DNA of 64,000 bases from Lama guanicoe (taxonomy: Eukaryota). Position 1 is the stretch's first letter. The number at the start of each line of letters is the position of its first letter. The notes below the pieces were generated by a model. It saw nothing but the letters and a program-made list of their open reading frames with translations, was not told the origin of the DNA and did not search any database. Below are positions 38,826 to 64,000 of this stretch, one piece after another. A program made the position numbers and the translations under genes. The stretch covers positions 266,017 through 330,016 of the forward strand of contig MU053136.1 in assembly GCA_013239625.1 (NCBI GenBank). The letters are read 5' to 3'.

Positions 38826-38998
38826 AAGAGGTTGGTAAATTTTAAAGAGCCAGTTAGCAAATATTTTAGATGTTGAGGACCACTATTGGAGCATGAAAGC
38901 AGCCGTAAACAGCATGTAAATAAGTGGATGTGGCTGTGTTCCAGTAAAACTTTATCTGCCATAACAGGGACAGGCAGCAGGCCAGTGTGCCAACCTGG
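38826..38998. mobile_element. MER58-like DNA transposon in DDIT3 intron 2
   Basis: gaaagcagccgtaaacagcatgtaaataagtggatgtggctgtgttccagtaaaactttat is a MER58 hallmark. Confidence 0.65.
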
Positions 38999-39081
38999 AG
39001 CCTGACTGCTCTGTGGAGCGTCTTCCCCACCCACCACCATCCTGGGTATGTCCTTTTCCAGAGCCTGATCCAGCCGTAGAG

Positions 39082-39683
39082 ATGGCAGCTGAGTCACTGC
39101 CTTTCTCCTTCGGGACACTGTCCAGCTGGGAGCTGGAGGCCTGGTATGAGGACCTGCAGGAGGTGCTGTCCTCAGATGAAAATGGGGGTTCCTATGTCTC
39201 ACCCCCTGGAAATGAGGAGGTGAGAATGCTAGGCCAAAAGCTACCGGGGTGGGGGTGGAACTGCCCCTCACTTCTCAACTAAGAGCTACCCTGCCTTTCC
39301 TCATTCCCTTGAAGGAAGAATCAAAAACCTTCACCACTCTTGACCCTGCCTCTCTGGCTTGGCTGACTGAGGAGCAAGGAACAACAGAGGTCACAAGCAC
39401 CTCCCAGAGCCCCTGCTCTCCAGATTCTAGTCGGAGCTCTCTGGCTCAAGAGGAAGAGGAGGAAGACCAAAGAAGACCCAGGAAACGGAAACGGAGTGGC
39501 CAGTCCCCGGCCCGGACTGGAAAGCAACGCATGAAGGAGAAAGAACAAGAGAACGAAAGGAAAGTGACACAGCTCGCCCAAGAGAACGAACGGCTCAAGC
39601 AGGAAATCGAGCGCCTGTCCAGGGAAGTGGAGGCGACTCGCAGGGCTCTGATTGACCGGATGGTTAATCTGCACCAAGCGTGA
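39082..39683 (+). CDS. DDIT3: DNA damage-inducible transcript 3 (CHOP/GADD153), 168-aa bZIP protein
   Basis: Coding exons 39082-39219 and 39315-39683: [29 protein letters not shown]...[33 protein letters not shown]. Exon 3 acceptor at 39061. Confidence 0.97.
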
Positions 39684-39854
39684 ACAATTGGGACCAGCAC
39701 TTCCCCTCAGGCCACTACTTACCTTTCCTAGAAGAGGCTGTGGACCACCTGCTCACCAGTGCCGACGATGTACCCTCAACCCCATCTGTTCAGCAGGGAG
39801 AAAGCTTAGGGTCGACAACAGGAAAGGGTCGCAGCATGTATATAGAATTGTGTA

Positions 39855-39860
39855 TTTATT
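39855..39860 (-). terminator. MARS1 polyadenylation signal AATAAA
   Basis: TTTATT on the plus strand, about 53 nt past the MARS1 stop. Confidence 0.75.
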
Positions 39861-39877
39861 GATTACTGTTCCTGTCC

Positions 39878-39883
39878 ATTAAA
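39878..39883 (+). terminator. DDIT3 polyadenylation signal ATTAAA
   Basis: About 195 nt after the DDIT3 stop. Confidence 0.75.
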
Positions 39884-39912
39884 GTGACTTTCTATGAGTC
39901 AAGTTCTCACTG

Positions 39913-56545
<16,633 letters not shown>

Positions 56546-57429
56546 TTCGCCGTGGATTCCACGCTGATGCAACCGGAACCGGCCTCCCGCCAGTGGGCTG
56601 AGCGACCGCCGCGAGGCACGCCGGGAAATGGAGTTCGGAACTAGGCGGTTCCCCGCGCCCGGCTCCCGGAAAGTAGGGTGTTTTTCCCATCATGCAACAC
56701 TAGGAAACAGGAAAAGAGTGTCATAGAGACGGAGAGGCCGTCGATGCGGTGCCAGAGCGGCACTTTCCTGGTGGGCGGGCCGGAGGAGACCTCTACGTGT
56801 ACGGCGCGGCGCACTTTAATCCTCCGACGCAGCCCGAAGGCGCTGACGGAAACTAAGGGCTCCACTTGACTGGCTGAAGTGCCGATGTCCGGACAGTGGC
56901 TCTTCGCAATGGTCGACTCTCGATTCGAGTTCATAAGAATCAGACCTCTGGAGTTGAGAGTTACGATAGACTTAATTTAGTGACGCAATGAAAATTAGTG
57001 TGGATAGCCTATTAATTTTTTAAAATGTGACTATTAAATATTGATTTAATACCAGTCTGCAGCGCATAATCAGCCAATCTCATTAAACGGGAGGAAACAT
57101 GTGTAGGGAAAAGGTCAGACTGAGGAGAAGTAAGAAGGCTCAGAGTTTGGCAGTAAGTATATATATATTTCAAAGAAACATATCAGTCAATGAGAAAGGG
57201 ACCCTTCTTAATCATCTTTGTATCCCTTTAAGAATAATACTTGATAGTACTTACGAGCTAAGCGTTGTTCTAAGCCTTATGTATATATACGTAAATTTAT
57301 GTGTAATAATAATTCTCTTATATGTGAACATAAGTTTAATTCTAAAAAACTCTGGAGGTTCTGGGCCTTTTGAATCTAAGCTATAAGAAGGCTTGCAGCT
57401 TCTCCCAGTCTTCTTGGAAAACTCTAATA

Positions 57430-57715
57430 GCCCTGAGATACCTTGCAAGAAGCCTTACTACCCTGAGATTGCCATGCTGGAGAGGTGTCCTGTTGACACT
57501 CTGGCTGACAGCGCCAGCTGATCCCAGCATTCCAGTCAGCCTCATCAAGGTGTCAGGTGAGTGAAGCTCTCCAGACCAGCCTGTCTATCTACCTGCTGAA
57601 TACCACCAAGTGGCCCTAGTCAATGCCACAAGGGACAGAAGAATCACCCAGCTGAGCCCTGCTGAAATTTCTGCCCTGTAAAATTGTGGGCTATGAGAAA
57701 ATAGTTGTTATTTTA
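57430..57715 (+). mobile_element. MLT1 (MaLR) LTR fragment
   Basis: cagaagaatcacccagctgagccctgc...aaaattgtg...aaaatagttgttattttaa, a typical MLT1 3' end. Confidence 0.65.
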
Positions 57716-57799
57716 AAAATTACAAACAAACCATGAGATAGCTTCTCTCATTCTCATTTTTTAGATGAGGAAACAAGCACAGAGAGATTACTTCGCACT

Positions 57800-59350
57800 A
57801 CACAAGGCATTGAAGATACGATACAATTATTCACAAAATAGATACAGGCTGCTTCCTTGGCAGAGCTTACAGTCTTCCTGGAAAGTCAGAAAGTCAAAAA
57901 CTTTAAAGTATCCTGAAAGTTATCACGGTGGAATGTAAAACTTGCTGTAGGATCTTCTAGTTAGGGCCTCTATGGGACTCTAAGGGTTTGAGAGGCCTTC
58001 ATGTGCAAATGACCTTTCCACTGAGATCTGGCTGATAAGTAAGAGTTCACCAGGTGAAGGCTAGTAGGAGTGGAAAGAGGAAGTGTTTCTAGCAGAGGAA
58101 ACAACTTCTGCAAAGGACCAGAGGCCTCAATGCACTTTAGGAATGTGAGGAATTAGTGTGTGGCTGGCTTATGGAGTTTGTGGTGGGGAGTGTGAAAACG
58201 CTAGGCTAAAAGGAGAAAGTCTCTTAAACCATATTGTAGAACTTGGACTTTGAGAAAAACTGGAAGCCTTTGAAAAGTTAAGTCAGGAGAGTGGCAGGGC
58301 ATTTTTGTGTTTTAGAAACTTCACTCTGGCTGCTATGCCAGGAATGGACTGGAAGCAGAGCTCTATGCAAGGAGACTAGTTCAAAGATGGTATCATGTGG
58401 GCTAGTTGTAGATAGACTGGAAAGATTTAGTAATCAATTAAATGTGAGTGGGGAGGAAACAAGAGAAGTTAAGTTTGGCTGCCAGATTTCTGACCTGAGC
58501 AGCTGGGTATACCCTGTGTGTGCTCCAACAGATGATCATATTTCCCCTCTCATACTGGTTAGCACACTGTATTTTAATTGTTATGAGAGGGCACCTTGAT
58601 TGACAATGCCTAGCTCACAGTTCTTGCCTGGCACCCATGGTAGTAAGCATTTACTAAATGTTTATAAATTTAAATTTAACTTAATGGTGGGACTGAAAGA
58701 GAAACTGGTTTGTGGAAAGCTGACAAGTTCAGTTCAGAACACAGTATTTGTGGTACCTGTGAAACACCCAGGTGGAGATTTTCAGGGGACAGCGGATTAG
58801 ATTGGAGCTCCAAAGAAAGATCTGGACTGGAGATATGGTACCAGCAACATATGGAGGTCATCTGAACTGGGGAGAGAATAAGACCACCTTTGGCTTATAG
58901 AGTGCAAATGGCACGGAATCTCAGTCAGACCTCTGGGGTTTAAGAAACAAGCAAAGTCCTTCCTTATGCAACAGAAAAGGAACTGCTAAAAAGATAAGAG
59001 GAATGCCAGCAGAGGTTGTAGAAGGAAAGAAAGGTCAACTGTGTTGGCTGCTGCTGAGATGTAGAGCAATGTAAGGACAGCAAAGTGTCCCTGCAGAGTC
59101 AGAGGTGACCCTATGAGGAGTGAGCTTGCAAAGGTGATGGAGTGAGGGGAGAGGAAATGGGGACCCCCATGTGTAGGCAAAAAAGCTTGGCTGTAAAAAG
59201 GAAGAGAATGCTAGGGTGGCAACTGGAGAGTACAGCAGGAGGAGGTTTGTCTAAAGATGGGAGAGACTTGGATATGTTTAAAAACTAACGGAAAGGAGTC
59301 AATAAAGAGGAAAAAGATAAAGTGCATGTGCAGCAGAGAAAGCAGAAGAG
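57800..59350 (-). mobile_element. Degenerate L2 fragments between MARS1 and ARHGAP9
   Basis: Purine-rich L2-like phrases; boundaries approximate. Confidence 0.5.
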
Positions 59351-60771
59351 GCTGAGATTTGAGCACAAACAACCACTAGATGAATGAACGAATGAATAAA
59401 TGAAGTTAGTCACTCTTTTGTAAGTGGGAGGGAAGAGTTAAGGGTAGAGTTCTCCACATACTGAAAGTGGAGCAAACCAAGGAGGAGTATCACTGAGGCC
59501 GAATCCCAGTACTGGCTACCCAGCCCTCAGATCACGTGTCCGGGGAGGAGAGCTAGTTCTCAGATGTCATTAAGGGGGAGGGGCACTCCCCACCCCACCT
59601 CTCCAAAGCCAGACAGAAAGCCTCACGTTGTGCAGTGGAGAAACCGAGAGATGGGGGAAAAGGTGGTCAGGTAAGGAGAAAGCACAGGTATGGGTTTCAA
59701 AGCTTTGGCAATCGACAGGGGAGGTCAGTTCCTACCTTTCACTCCCACGTGCTGTCAAAGCATCCTGTACTGCTTATCCATAGCCCCTGATTCAGTTGTG
59801 GTTAATACATTTATGATGCCATCAGTTAAGATCTGTCTTTAGCTTTCAAGAGGGCAAGGGCTATGGCTACGTCTCTCTCTTTCCCTTCTCTTATCTCAAG
59901 TAGCTGACACTGTTTTTCACATAGGACCTGCTCAGCCAATCCTTGTTAAGAGCATGAATGAATGAACCCACACACTAAAGTAGGGTCCCACTTGAAAGGT
60001 TTGTATGCAGAGGATCATATCAAGGCTTCTCAGCTCCCCAAAACACATCCCAGATTCAGAAGAAGATCTTTTCACCTCTTCCTCAAACTCTGAACCCCTC
60101 TGTGTTTCTCCCAGCCAGTTTCTCTTTCTCTCTAGTTTGGTTTTACTATTTTTCTGGCTGTCTGTTTCTCTGTCTTTATGGTGTTTTTTTTTTTTTCCTG
60201 AATTTGCACAGGAAGCACGCAGCTTTAGGTCTGAGACGATTGGTAATGGAAACATTGGTGCCTATGTAAATTTAATAAAGTGTCACGAATATTTGTATCT
60301 TTGTCATTAATGCCTGTCTCTTTGCCTGTGTTCTGTCTCAGACCTGATTCTTTCTCGACATCTTCCCGTGTCCAGCTCAAGAGTCCCACCACCACCCAGG
60401 ACCAGCTCCTCCTGCCCCTGGATCTTCTGATGGACCCCAAAAGGTACTCAGAGGAAAATTTCTGAGCTAGACCCTCTCCTCTGATTTCCTGCCTTGCTGG
60501 TCTCGCAGGGCTGCTGACCACATCCTCTCTCACCTTACTGACATACTTCCTCATTAGTCACAGCACCCAGGACTTCTCAGCCCCCAAAACCTATTACTGA
60601 CCCTCACCCGGGCCCTCTGCCTTACCCTCTTCTCTCACCCCAGGGTTCCTGTTTTTACCTTCCACCCTACCCTGCTCTTAGAACAATGTCTGTCTGCTTG
60701 CAAGCAGCCGGTCCTGTCCTTTTCTGGTTCTCCAACACCCCTTTTTCCCGTAGGTGGCAGTACTGACGACA

Positions 60772-64000
<3,229 letters not shown>

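Noticed and set aside
38579..39271. 230-aa minus-strand ORF over DDIT3 intron 2 and exon 3
   Set aside because: Runs through a MER58 element and antisense to the CDS; no domain recognised.

Overview
This is mammalian (eutherian) genomic DNA, probably a camelid, judging by the tRNA-Ala-derived Vic-1-like SINEs. It is syntenic with the human 12q13.3 cluster. Six genes alternate strand: KIF5A (exon 1 and part of intron 1, -), DCTN2 (complete, +, with 9-nt and 6-nt microexons), MBD6 (complete CDS, -), DDIT3/CHOP (complete, +, with its spliced uORF and GC-AG first intron), MARS1 (21 coding exons, 900 aa, -, 3' end overlapping DDIT3) and the 5' part of ARHGAP9 (+). I read the exons by hand from splice signals and checked frames by summing exon lengths. 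Introns carry SINE, MIR, L1, L2, MER and MLT fragments, and there are two short N gaps in the MBD6 CpG island. Best leads: (1) the canonical ATF4/C/EBP AARE is apparently missing from the DDIT3 promoter, while CARE sites cluster in intron 1; (2) a spliced MBD6 uORF whose stop overlaps the main ATG; (3) a DCTN2 microexon and candidate poison-exon module; (4) a SINE plus L2 fragment inserted together inside one 17-bp target-site duplication; (5) an RE1 site one base short in KIF5A intron 1. Comparisons to human are from recalled knowledge, not alignment.
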